Shown: piece after piece, positions 53,235 through 64,000 of the stretch
Layout: the number at the start of each line of letters is the position of its first letter
How positions within the stretch are numbered: position 1 is the first letter of the stretch
Origin: Gekko japonicus
Lineage: Eukaryota
Reading direction: 5' to 3'
Length of the DNA stretch: 64,000 bases
Assembly: GCF_001447785.1 (NCBI RefSeq)
Contig: NW_015176003.1
Location: forward strand, 114,697-178,696
The notes under the pieces: model-generated
Database searches by the model: none
The model's input: the letters and a program-made list of their open reading frames with translations, nothing else
Told to the model about the DNA's origin: nothing
Made by a program: the position numbers and the translations under genes

Positions 53235-54142
53235 TGTAACAAAATGGCTGCCAGGCAGAGGCAGCAGTGTATTTTAATATGGATGCCAGCCTGGTAGTCC
53301 TTAGGAGGGGGGAGGTACTCCATAGGGAACAATGGAGCTGCCATACCTCCCTGCCTACAGTTCCCAGAAGTTTTAGGGAAAAGAGCGGGAAAATATGGAC
53401 GCACCCCAGGGGTGGAGTCAGGCTGATTAAGGCTTTGGCTCCTGAAGGAGGGAGTACAGTCTCAGCCAGGATGGCAGCTTCAAGGGACCGTACAGGTGGG
53501 ACTCCTGTTATCACAGACTCCAGGGCATCCATGCCACTATAAACCATGGTGGACAGCCAGGAGGGTAACAGTACAAGTGACCAGCCCCGAGGAGGGCTGG
53601 GGTTTCTCCACAACAACAGGAGAGGGAAAGTAAATCCCATCGTGAGGCTCACAACCTCCAGAGAAAGAGAGGGTGTGCATAGGGGACAGAAGAATTGCAT
53701 TTTAAATTCTGTTCATTTTCTGTGCCCAGGTTGTGTTGATGTGCATGTGTTTAAGTTCTGTGCCTAATATGTATATAGTTCAAATAAACCTTTTTTTGAG
53801 TTTAAGACCTGATGTGCCTTGACCACTTAGTCCTCCCCACTTGGCACATTACCAGAAGCAAAAGGGAGGGTAGGGAACCCAAACGGGCCCAAATCGGAGG
53901 GATTGCCAACTCTCCAGGGGGCATCCAAAGATTGTGGTACCAACTTCCCAAGGTTGGGGAATCAGCCAGAGGGGTCTCACTGTCCCTCTAGGAAGGTGGT
54001 GTGAATCCAGTGAGTGGTGGCAGCATGCAACGAAGGGAAATAGCCCCACCAGGTAGGGTGGGAAGGCAAAAACAGGGGCTTGCAAGCCACAGAACAGCTG
54101 CTCAGTCTCCCAGGTCTGAGGGCGGGTCCCCATTTCACCACA
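53235..54142 (+). mobile_element. Solo LTR (Gypsy-type) inserted in L2 RT
   Basis: TG...CA termini, 5-bp TSD gatgt (53230-53234, 54143-54147), aataaa near 53783; splits L2 'MLFNI|YMRPL'. Confidence 0.88.
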
Positions 54143-55213
54143 GATGTTAAAAAGCATTGGGGACAGCACCAACCTTTGGGGCACTCCACATTCCAATGGG
54201 TGCCTTCAGGACAGCTGATCCCCCAGCACCACTCTTTGTCCCCGATCTTGGCGAAAGGAAGAAAGCCACTGCAAGGCTAGTCCCTGAATTCTAGTGTCAG
54301 TGAGGCAGTGGATCAATAACTGATGGTCAACCGTGTGGAATGCAGCTGACAGATCTAACAACAGCACTGCTGATCTGCCCCGATCCAGATGCCTCCAGAA
54401 GTCATATGTGAGGGCGACCAGTGCTGTCTTCGTCCCATGACCCGGACGAAAACCAGACTGGGAGGAATATAGAATGGAAGCATTATCCAGAAAGCCCTGT
54501 AACTGTGTTGCCACCACCCTCTCTATTATCTTGCCAAGATAGGGCAAGTTGGAAACCAGCCGAGAGTTGGCCAATTCTCCCGGGTCCAAAGATAGCTTTT
54601 TCAGAAGGGGGCACACCACTGTCTCCTTAAGTGCCTCCGGGAACTGTCCTTCTAAGAGGTACTTGTTGGCAATCTCCCGCAAGGCACCCTGGAGCCCCTT
54701 GTGACCATCTTTGATTAACCACAATGGACATGGGTCAAGGGAAATAGTAAAACCATGGAAATAGTAAAACCATGCATGATAACTTGGATGCAAAATATAG
54801 GACATAATTTAACGATAGATGAATGGTCAAAAACATGGAAATCTATTAAACTATTAAGATCTACGTCGTATAAAGAAAATATATTTAAAATGTTTTACAG
54901 GTGGCACTGGACACCAGATAAATTATCTAAATGTTACAAAGATGTTCTAGGAAATTGCAGGAGATGTAAAAGCAATATAGGTACATTTTACCATATATGG
55001 TGGCGGTGTGAGAAAATTGGTAAATTTTGGAAAAGCATCAAAAAATTAATAACAGAGATTACTGACATAGAATTAGAATTCATACCAGAAATCTACTTGC
55101 TTAATATAACACCAAATGGAATCAAACATGATGACTTATGTATCATATTATATATTCTTACTGCATCTAGAATCCTTGTTCCAAAATGTTGGGAAAATGA
55201 TACAATACCTAGT

Positions 55214-58200
55214 TGTTGTTGTTGTTCAGTCGCACAGTCGAGTCCGACTCTTCGCGACCCCATGGACCAGATCCTGCCAGGCCCTCCTGTCTTCCGCTGT
55301 CCTCTGAAGTTTGCTCAATTTCATGTTCTTGAGCTTCAGTTTCATTATCTGGCCTTCCAGGGAACAGTCAGGGTTGATTTCTTTGAGGATTGACTGATTT
55401 GTTCTTCTTGCAGTCCAAGGGACTCTCAAGAGTCTTCTCCAGCACCATAGTTCAAAAGAATCTATTCTTCGGCGCTCGGCCTTCCTTATAGTCCAGCTCT
55501 CGCAGCCATACATGACTACTGGGAATACCATTGCTTTGACCATGCGGACTTTTGTTGGCAGGGTGATGTCTCTACTTTTTATCATGCTGTTTAGGTTCGC
55601 CATCGCTTTCCTCCCAAGGAGCAGGCGTCTTTTAATTTCATGGCTGCAGTCACAGTCTGCGGTGATCTGGGATCCCAGGAACGTGAAGTCTGTCACTACT
55701 TCCACGACTTCCCCTTCTATTTGCCAAGGAGTGATGGGGCCGGATGCCATGATCTTAGTTTTTTTGATGTTGAGCTTCAAGCCCACTTTTGCGCTCTCCT
55801 CTTTTACTCTGAGCAAGAGGCTCTTTAGATCCTTTTCACTTTCAGCCATTAGAGTGGTATCATCTGCATATCTGAGGTTGTTGATCTTTTCCCCAGCAAT
55901 CTTAATTCCCGCTTGTGATTCATCCAGGCCAGCATTTCGCATGATGTACTCTGCATATATATTAAATAAGCAAGGTGACAGTATACATCCTTGTCGTACT
56001 CCTTTTCCTATGCTGAACCAATCAGTTGTTCCGTATCCGGTTCTAACTGTCGCTTCTTGGCCCTTATACAGGTTTCTCAAGAGACATGTGAGGTGGTCTG
56101 GTACTCCCATCTCTTTAAGGACCTGCCATAGTTTGTTGTGATCCACACAGTCAAAAGCTTTAGCATAGTCAATGAAGCAGAAGTAGATATTTTTCTGGTA
56201 CTCTCTTGCTTTCTCCATAATCCAGCGAATGTTGGCAATTTGATCTCTAGTTCCTCTACCTCTTCGAAACCCAGCTTGTACTTCTGGTAGTTCTCTATCC
56301 ACGTACTGTTGAAGCCTAGCTTGTAGGATCTTGAGCATGACCTTGCTAGCGTGTGATATGAGTGCAATTGTGCGATAGTTTGAACATTCCTTGGCATTGC
56401 CCTTCTTTGGGATTGGAATGTATACTGATCTTTTCCAATCCTGTGGCCACTGTTGCGTTTTCCAAATTTGCTGGCAAATGGAGTGCAGAACTTTAACAGC
56501 ATCATCTTCTAAGACTTTGAATAGCTCAGCTGGAATACCATCACCTCCACTAGCTTTGTTGTTAGTAATGCTTTCTAAGGCCCATTTAACTTCACATTCC
56601 AGGATGTCTGGCTCAAGGTCAGTGATTATACCGTCGTGTTTGTCAAGGACATTGAGGTCTTTCTTGTATAGTTCTTCTGTGTATTCTTGCCATCTTTTCC
56701 TAATCTCTTCTGCTTCTGTTAGGTCCCTACCGTTTTTGTCCTTTATCATGGCCAGCTTTGCATGGAACGCTCCCTTGATTTCTCCAATTTTCTTGAAGAG
56801 ATCTCTAGTCCTTCCCATTCTATTGTTTTCTTCTATTACTTTGCACTGTTCATTCAGGAAGGCCTCCTTATCTCTCCTTGCTGTTCTCTGGAAATCTGCG
56901 TTCAGTTGGGTAAATCTTTCCTTTTCGCCTTTGCCTTTCGCTTTCCTTCTTTCCTCTGCTATTTGTAAAGCCTCATCAGAAAGCCATTTTGCTTTCTTGC
57001 ATTTCTTTTTCTTTGGTATGGTGGTGATTGCTGCCTCCTGTACGATGTCACGAACCTCTGTCCATAGTTCTTCAGGCACTCTATCTATCAAATCCAGACC
57101 CTTGAATCTATTCTTCACCTCTACTGTATATTCATCAGGGATGCGATCTAGGTCAAACCTGAATGGCCTCGTGGTTTTCCCAATTTTCTTCAGTTTAAGT
57201 CTGAATTTTGCAATGAGTAGCTCATGATCTGAACCACAGTCAGCTCCAGGTCTTGTTTTTACTGACTGGATAGAGCTTCTCCATCTTTGACTGCAAATTA
57301 TATAGTCAATCTGATTTCGGTGTTGCCCATCTGGTGATGTCCATGTGTAGAGTCGCCTCTTAGGTTGTTGGAAAAGGGTGTTCGCTATGACCAGTGTGTT
57401 CTCTTGACAAAACTCTGTTAACCTTTGCCCTGCTTCATTTTGCTTTCCAAGGCCAAACTTGTCTGTTATTCCAGTTACCTTTTGACTTCCTACTTTAGCA
57501 TTCCAGTCCCCTATGATGATGAGGACATCATTTTTTGGTGTTAGTTCTAGGAGGTGTTGTAGGTCTTCATAGAACCGGTCCACTTCAGCCTCTTCTGCAT
57601 CAGTGGTTGGGGCATAGACTTGGATTACTGTGATGTTGAATGGTTTGCCTTGGAATCGGACAGAAATCATTCTGTCATTTTTGAGATTGTATCCCAGTAC
57701 TGCCTTTTGCACTCTCTTGTTGACTATAAAGGCCACACCATTTTTTCTACGAGATTCCTGGCCACAGTAGTAGATATAATGGTCTTCTGAGTTAAATTCG
57801 CCCATTCCTGTCCACTTTAGTTCACTGATTCCTAGGATATCGATGTTCAGTCTTGCCATCTCATTTTTGATCACGTCAAGCTTACCTTGATTCATAGATC
57901 TTACATTCCAGGTTCCTATGCAGTATTGTTCTTTGCAGCATTGGACTTTCCTTTCACCATCAAACACATCCACAACTGAGCGTCCTTTCGGCTTTGGCCC
58001 AGCCGCTTCACTCTTTCTGGGGTTACTTGTACTTGCCCTCTGCTCTTCCTCAGTAGCATATTGGACACCTTCCGACCTGAGGGGCTCATCTTCCAGCGTC
58101 ATATCTTTTAGCCTTTTGATACTGTCCATGGGGTTTTCTTGGCAAAAATACTGGAGTGGGTTGCCATTTCCTTCTCCAGGGAGATCACTCTTGGTCTGAG

Positions 58201-58309
58201 TTCTCTGCTGTGGCCTTTCCGTCTTGGGTGGCCCTTCACGGCATAGCCCACAACTTCATTGAACTACACAAGCCCCCTCGCCACGACAAGGCAATGATCC
58301 ATGAGGGGG
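55214..58309 (-). mobile_element. Full-length BovB (RTE) LINE
   Basis: 11-bp TSD caatacctagt (55203-55213, 58310-58320); (caa)n tail; single EN-RT ORF. Confidence 0.97.
55226..58129 (-). CDS. BovB endonuclease / reverse transcriptase ORF, 967 aa, no stops
   Basis: 'IGTWNVRSMNQGKL', 'GDWNAKVG', 'GVRQGCILSP', 'LRYADDTTL', 'HGVAKSRTRL'. Confidence 0.93.
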   Translation of the reverse strand: MDSIKRLKDMTLEDEPLRSEGVQYATEEEQRASTSNPRKSEAAGPKPKGRSVVDVFDGERKVQCCKEQYCIGTWNVRSMNQGKLDVIKNEMARLNIDILGISELKWTGMGEFNSEDHYIYYCGQESRRKNGVAFIVNKRVQKAVLGYNLKNDRMISVRFQGKPFNITVIQVYAPTTDAEEAEVDRFYEDLQHLLELTPKNDVLIIIGDWNAKVGSQKVTGITDKFGLGKQNEAGQRLTEFCQENTLVIANTLFQQPKRRLYTWTSPDGQHRNQIDYIICSQRWRSSIQSVKTRPGADCGSDHELLIAKFRLKLKKIGKTTRPFRFDLDRIPDEYTVEVKNRFKGLDLIDRVPEELWTEVRDIVQEAAITTIPKKKKCKKAKWLSDEALQIAEERRKAKGKGEKERFTQLNADFQRTARRDKEAFLNEQCKVIEENNRMGRTRDLFKKIGEIKGAFHAKLAMIKDKNGRDLTEAEEIRKRWQEYTEELYKKDLNVLDKHDGIITDLEPDILECEVKWALESITNNKASGGDGIPAELFKVLEDDAVKVLHSICQQIWKTQQWPQDWKRSVYIPIPKKGNAKECSNYRTIALISHASKVMLKILQARLQQYVDRELPEVQAGFRRGRGTRDQIANIRWIMEKAREYQKNIYFCFIDYAKAFDCVDHNKLWQVLKEMGVPDHLTCLLRNLYKGQEATVRTGYGTTDWFSIGKGVRQGCILSPCLFNIYAEYIMRNAGLDESQAGIKIAGEKINNLRYADDTTLMAESEKDLKSLLLRVKEESAKVGLKLNIKKTKIMASGPITPWQIEGEVVEVVTDFTFLGSQITADCDCSHEIKRRLLLGRKAMANLNSMIKSRDITLPTKVRMVKAMVFPVVMYGCESWTIRKAERRRIDSFELWCWRRLLRVPWTARRTNQSILKEINPDCSLEGQIMKLKLKNMKLSKLQRTAEDRRAWQDLVHGVAKSRTRLCD

Positions 58310-60358
58310 CAATACCTAGTAGTACCTAGTAGAGAAGAGTTAATTAAGAAAATTCTTGAAATAGTGGAAATGGACAAATTAAATATGATATTGTCAGGGA
58401 AAGATGATAGTGTATTTCAAAAAAGATGGCATAAAGTTAATAAATGGATTGGGGAAAAATGTTTAATGTATACTGCAAAAAAAGAATATTATGTACAATG
58501 TAAATTTTTCTTTTTTGTAATGGAAAATCCATAAATATTTTTTTTTAAAAAAAGAGAGCATGTGGTGGAGCATACAGGTAGGAGCAATCTGTCGACTTCC
58601 TCTAGGCTGAACGGGTCGAAATAATCCATAATGTGACTAGAAGACATGCTTGGAGCCTCAAGTTCATTCACTGTATCAACTGTAGCGGGGAGGTCACAGT
58701 GGAGCAAAAAGACTTTATTCACAAAATAGCTTGCAAAGGCCTCACAGCCAATATCCAATTCCCCATGATTTGGCCTGTCCTGTGACAGAGCAGTAATAGA
58801 CCGAATTGTTCTAAGCAATTGGGCTGGGCGTGAGCTTGCGAACACAATCGTGGCCGTATAATACTTTTTTTTTTTTGTGGCCTTGACTGCAATCTTGTAG
58901 GATCTCATAAACGTCCTATAAGATACTCTTGTAGCTTTGTCATGAGTATGCTGCCACCGCCTCTCTAGTCGTTTCAGCCCCCATTTCATTAGCCTCAACT
59001 CCTGGGTAAACCATGGAGCGAGCCTAGACCGGGGGTGCAGAGAGTGCTGGGGAGCAATCTCATTGATGGCTGTTGAGAGTTGGTTATACCAATCCTCTAC
59101 AAGCTCATCCAGGAAGGCGCCAAGGGCTTTGGATCCCAAAGAGCCATCTGAAGCCGCACTGGGTCCATTAGGTTCTGTGGGCAAACCCAAAATGGCTCGC
59201 TGCCCAAACAGAGATGGAGTGGGATATTTGAGCGGGCCTTCAAGGCAAAGTGCTCTGACCACGGCATTGCCATAGCAGTAATTCTGTCCACTGTAACCCC
59301 CACCACGAAGATCAAATTGAGCGTGTGCCTAGCCCGGTGAATGGGGGATGTTACAAGTTGGGAGTGTCCCAGGGCTGCCATAGATGACACTAGGTCTGCT
59401 GCCTGCATAGAGGTTGCGTCATCAGCATGGGCATTGAAGTCACCCAAGACTATCAGCCTAGGGTGTTCCAAGGCCCAGCCTGATACAGCCTCTACCAGGG
59501 ACGGTAGTCTATTGGCTGGTGCATTGGGTGGTCGGTACACCAGTCAAATTGCCACACCCTTCTCGGCTTCCCATACTAGGCCAGCACACTCAATGCCCGT
59601 GATCCCCTGAGGTGGGAGTGCCCTGAAGGAGTAAGCCTCCCGGATGAATAAAACCACTCCTCCCCCCCACCCCCTAGTCTGAGATTAGTGAAGGACCAAG
59701 AATCCAGGTGGAGCTGATTGGGAGAGAAATACTGTCTCTTCCTCTCTCACCCAGGTCTCAGTCATGCAAGCCAGGTCTACATTCTGCTCCAGCATAAAAT
59801 CCCAAAGAACCGTGGTCTTGTTATTTATAGACTTGGTGTTACACAATGCCAATGATGGAGGGGAGTCACTTGTCCTAGCTCCACTGCCTACCACCTTTGG
59901 GATGGGACATAGGCTGGAAGGAGGCCAAGCTATTTCTCTGCCCCCTTCCCTTAATTCTCTGTCCAGTCCCACCGCTGTACTTTCCCCTCCCCAGGAGCAC
60001 TGGTATTGCCTGCCTGGCCATCCCTTAGATGGTCTTTGCTGAGCCACAGCCACAGACTAATCAACGGGATGACTGACCATCATAATACACAATAAAAAGG
60101 AAGTTCATTTGTTAAAGGTTCATTTGTCCAATGTGATACATGCTATCATCTTTCAGCAAATACTCTTCTGTAGTTTACATAAGACAAACAGGTTGGTCTC
60201 TATGATAAAGAATAATTGGACACAAATGTAAGTTTATTTAATTTAAAACAAATTTAACAGTGATAACATTAAAATATCTGTCGGAAAACATTTCAGTCTT
60301 CAAGAAATGCTGTTGTTGACCTGAAAGCCAAGTACTGTTTAACAAAGAAATTTCCAAG

Positions 60359-60481
60359 GGAAACTCAAACTGGCTGGAGTAGAATTCATCAATAGGATTG
60401 ATAGTATTAACCAAGAATTCTGCAGGATCGACAATTGTCTCAATCTCTATAGATGTTATATTGTTTTACTTAGCTAGGTAG
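60359..60481 (+). pseudogene. iGluR pseudogene candidate exon 8 (M4)
   Basis: 'VLTKNSAGSTIVSISIDVILFYLA' resembles 'LSLSNVAGVFYIL' and lies in the expected order; acceptor at 60296 or 60358. Confidence 0.5.
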
Positions 60482-61149
60482 TCTGTGTTACCAACAACCA
60501 CAGCTGTTGTGAATGAGCACTGTGGAAGCCGCCCTGAACCTGCTTTGTGGGGAGGGCGGGGGGTATAAATCTGATAAATAAAGAATATACTTCTGTATTT
60601 TGTGTAGAAATGTCACAAAAATGATTATTTATTTAGAATATTTCTATGCTGTCTCTTCAGAGTCTGGCTTGAGGCAGGTTGCATATTTTGGTATAATGGT
60701 ATAATGGTATTGCATCACTGATTTAAACAAAAAACCCTCTCCAGTAGGGAGAAGAAATGGCTACTATGGGGAAAAGGGCTACCATGTAGGCAGGAAAAGG
60801 AAAACCTGACTTTTTCTAACCACATTAGGCATTCAGGCTTTGCTGCAATCTTTTCCAAATATATAACTGATATATAAAAAATCTGTTTTGGTCATGGACT
60901 TTCATGAACATTCCACACACTCCCAAATCAGTTGACTCCCTGATCTGTAATCCAGAAGCTGTCCCTATCCACTGGCTGCACTGCCTGAGTCTCGCCTCCA
61001 ATATTCTAAACAGTTTGCTGTTCCTCTCCCCCCAATAGCCAGTTGGAACACAGATGGTCATTTGCATATGCGGCCTGTTTGGCCTTTGCCTCTAACATTT
61101 TAAACAGTTTGCTGTTGTTGTTGGAAGTCCTTGAATGTGTCCTGAGATA

Positions 61150-61237
61150 AAATACATATCCCAATCTTCCTTTAAACAGTCACTGGAGTTGCCAAAATAC
61201 ATATCCCAATCTTCCCTTAAACGGTCACTGGAGTTGC
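61150..61237 (+). repeat. Tandem duplication of about 45 bp
   Basis: aaatacatatcccaatcttcc.ttaaac.gtcactggagttgc occurs twice. Confidence 0.9.
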
Positions 61238-61638
61238 AAATCTCCCTGTGGGGCCTGGAGATCTCCCAGAAATCACCGTGTTCCCCAGCCACAGGACACC
61301 ATTTCCCCTACAGAAAATTTCCCGGCTATTACAATGGCTGCTTTGGGCAGTGAACTCCATGGCATTATACCCTGCTGAAGTCCCTCCACACCCCAAACCC
61401 TGCCCTCCCCAGGCTCTGCCCCTCAGATCTACAGGTCTGGCCCTCCCCTTAGTATTGCCAGCCTCCAGCAGCACCTGGAGATCTCCAAGATCAGTTCTCC
61501 TGGAGAAAATGGCTGCTTTGGGCAATGGGCTCTATAGAATTATACCCTGCTTAGGTCTCTCCGCACCCCAAACCCTGCCTTCCCCAAGCTCTACCCCTCA
61601 AATCTACAGGTATTTCCCAACCCAGAGTTGGCAACCCT
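61227..61638. mobile_element. Two adjacent TAGGGTTGCC-family MITE copies in reverse orientation
   Basis: 'ggagatctcc...aaaatggctgctttg...ttggcaaccct' is the reverse complement of the 19227 element. Confidence 0.75.
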
Positions 61639-62268
61639 GTAACTGGCTATGGAACCACTTTCCAGACCCTTGGAACCCAGAAGACATGGCATAGGAGGAG
61701 GTGTTTTTCTACCTTAACTGTCACTGCATAACCCCAAATCAGCATAAGTCAGGGTGGAGGGAACCATACCTGTTACCATGAGGCTGTCCTCCGATACTGC
61801 CCACTTGGGACAGCAAAATGATTTGAGACAGCCCTGCCTTATAGCTAAGCAGAAGGAAATAAACATGGCTTGTCTCCCTCTATTTTCCACTTCCCTCTGC
61901 CACCCCACCAGCCACAGCCAGGACACTCACCTGGAGCTTCCTTCTAGACTTCATTGTATTTCTTCCCACAACAGGCCTTACTGCTAGTTTATATATAACT
62001 GTCACTGACTGAGAGCTGATTCACACATTAAGAAGGTTAACAAGTAATGTAACTTTTCCCAAAGGGCAAATAGTAGTTCTCTTGTGTCATTTCAGGTTGG
62101 GAAAAAGGCAATGGGGAAATGCTGAAGCCCCTTCTCTGCATATGCCATTGCCCCAATCCTAATCAGGCCTACGTTTGCCCTGCAATTAAGTTCCCAAGTG
62201 GGAGCTCCCTGAAAACATGTGTAGAACATCTATGGTGGGGACATGAATAAGCTCTGAGAATTCATCCA

Positions 62269-62345
62269 TCTGATCAAGTGTGCTCAGGTCCACACTCTTA
62301 CATGCTACAATAAATATTTTGATCTTTAAAGTGCCACAGGACTCT
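62269..62345 (+). mobile_element. Degenerate Penelope-type 3' tail
   Basis: 'ctgatcaagtg...ccac...atgctacaataaa...tctttaaagtgccacaggactc'. Confidence 0.5.
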
Positions 62346-63644
62346 TCTTTTGACTTTTCTGCAAAATAACTCATGGGGGTTATCCTACTGGAGTATATTT
62401 CCTTAGTGTCTCTGTCAGTGACCAATTTCCACATAAAAGGCAATTTTGAATTAATTTTAAAAACTGCTTACCAAAAAGTTAAATTTGCTATGTAATGTAG
62501 AGAAAGTTAGAATCCCTGGGCAAATACTGTGCCATGTTATGCAAATATTTTGCTTTCTTCACCAAGTCTCAGGAGTTAAGGTAGCCTTTAGATATTAATA
62601 TGGAAGATTGAGAATGCCTGCTTTGGGACTGTAAATAAAGCTGATCAAGCTCCCAATGGCTGTGCATATCTTTGCTCAGCAGCCTTTATTGATTGTTAAT
62701 AGCAGCCTTTCCTTGTGGAATAAATGGGTCCAAAATGTAAACTGATGGCTCCTAATTACAATAAGGAATCATGTAAAAATGCATCTGTTAGGGCAAGGTA
62801 AGACACTGGATGTCAGTTTAGGAAATTCAGTCCAGCATTCATACAGTCCATTCAATTCTTTGGAGGTCAGTGGATCTAGGTCACATATAAAAAGCTGAAT
62901 GTTCTGGCTTCATAGAAACCTCATAGAAACATAGACACAGAGAAGGGTAACATTTAAAAAGCTTGTATTTACAGGCTAACATGCTATGTTTGTTGTCTAC
63001 GAATACTAAGACACTGAGTTGGATCCAGCAATCCATCAGTGGTAGGCACTGATGCTTACAGATCTTTTCCATGCTGCCCCCCCCAGCAGCCATTTTCAAT
63101 CACAAAGAAGTTTCTTCTCAAGGTCACAGGATCCAACAGCATTCACATGATCACCTTTGCATGTACCACTGCATACAAAAATGGTTTTATGCATTTTATT
63201 TTAGCGGTGACAGGGAAGAAACATAGCTGTTGTTCAGTAAAACTAACTGCTGTATATTGCCATCTACTCTGCAGTCTTTGCTTTGGTTTCTGAGCCCAGT
63301 TCAAGGTGCAAATGCTTACCTTTAAAGCTTTTCATGACCTGGGGTCCACATACTAGAAGAACGGCCTCTCTCTTTCCCATGGTTCATTCTCTGCTAGGGT
63401 AGGTTCCACGGCTGCTCTTTTTCTGGCTTTTGCAATAGCTGCCCCAGTGTTGTAGAATAGCTTTCCAGAAGAAATGAGAGGATCTTGCAGTTCTGACAGG
63501 CTTGTAAAACAGAATTCCTTAGAAGAGTCTTTGGCTCCTCAAGATGATTATTTTGTAAGTGCTTTAATGGCTTTTGATGGTTGTTAAATTTTTTTTGTTG
63601 TTCTTAGAATTTCATTTTTGTACTGTTTTAATTATTGTCTGGGA

Positions 63645-64000
63645 TGGAACCGAGGCTTTTACATTTAATAATGACGCTTCATAATAATACGACCTGCCAA
63701 GTTAGACTTAACAACGTTGGTGACCTAACTGACAACATTCCAATTAATATAGGAGTCAAACAGGGATGCCTTTTAGCGCCCTTTCTATTCAATCTATTTA
63801 TAAATTATTTGGCACCTACCTTAGATCTGATCAATGGTCACAGTCCTAAACTTGGCTCGATCCCCACCCCTTTACTTCTTTATGCTGATGACGCAGTGCT
63901 ATTGTCTCTAACTTTTATAGGGCTGAAATGCCTTTTGAAGAGCTTTGTAGACTATTGTGAAAAGAATAGGCTAGTTCTGAATTTTGAAAAATCCAAAATT
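63645..64000 (+). mobile_element. LINE RT fragment (RTEX-like), running off the window end
   Basis: 'GVKQGCLLAPFLFNLFIN...LLLYADDAVLLS'. Confidence 0.85.

Larger units (their letters stand above)
54740..58553 (+). mobile_element. L1 3' fragment inserted in L2, itself split by BovB
   Basis: 'FKMFYRWHWTP...CRRC...YHIWWRC' from 54755, resuming at 58321 as 'PSREELIKKILEIVEMDKL'; polyA near 58550. Confidence 0.9.
49700..60085 (-). mobile_element. Near full-length L2 LINE (EN and RT) hosting several nested insertions
   Basis: EN 'ACMTETW', 'YRPP', 'LGDFN' 59097-60053; RT 'QSGFRPGHGT', 'LLDLSAAF', 'GVPQ', 'YADDTQLY'; 3' tail near 49700. Confidence 0.9.
48777..60227 (+). pseudogene. iGluR pseudogene exon 7 (M3, S2), split by an 11-kb transposon stack (parts 48777-49243 and 60099-60227)
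   Basis: 'KACGERLADLIW' (kainate KALSTRIVGGIW), 'TYSNEWAVYV' (SYTANLAAFL), 'PFSSLE', 'VRD', 'YYELW', 'YPC', 'GYG' joined to 'SSFVKGS', 'LHKTNRLVSMIKNNW'; donor gtaagt at 60228. Confidence 0.78.
19452..60481 (+). pseudogene. Multi-exon ionotropic glutamate receptor (iGluR) pseudogene, non-canonical (delta/kainate-like motifs)
   Basis: About 8 collinear decayed exons covering signal peptide, ATD, S1, M1, M2, M3, S2 and M4, with splice sites; many stops and frameshifts; three exons interrupted by transposons. Confidence 0.8.

Noticed and set aside
52624-53700. 358-aa minus-strand ORF as a novel fusion gene
   Set aside because: Chance read-through from the antisense of a solo LTR into L2 RT sequence.
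55512-57227. 209-aa and 278-aa + strand ORFs
   Set aside because: Antisense shadows of the BovB ORF.
1-64000. Prokaryotic systems (CRISPR, operons), rRNA or true tRNA genes, non-retroviral endogenous virus
   Set aside because: None seen; tRNA-like stretches are SINE heads and the repeats are eukaryotic transposons.

Overview
Repeat-dense vertebrate genomic DNA, almost certainly from a squamate reptile and probably a gecko (Sauria and Squam3-type SINEs, BovB, CR1, L2, several L1 families, TAGGGTTGCC MITEs), with one 56-bp assembly gap. I found no intact host gene. The main result is in the unique sequence between the repeats: hand translation shows a collinear series of decayed + strand exons from about 19452 to 60481 that follow the complete domain order of an ionotropic glutamate receptor (signal peptide, ATD, S1, M1, M2, M3, S2, M4). 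Most candidate exons have GT-AG boundaries, and intron phases match at the first three junctions. The motifs are a mosaic of delta-, kainate- and AMPA-like, the exons are few and large, and three exons are split by transposon stacks. This looks like a unitary pseudogene of a non-canonical iGluR lineage. Other content: a full-length L1 broken by six nested insertions, a near-intact full-length BovB, a HAL1-like ORF2-less retroposon, a SCAN-domain Gypsy gag abutting an LTR end, a Penelope-like element with an inverted repeat and a hammerhead ribozyme relic, and fold-back Harbinger-type MITEs. All family assignments come from motif recognition by eye against remembered reference sequences, not database searches.
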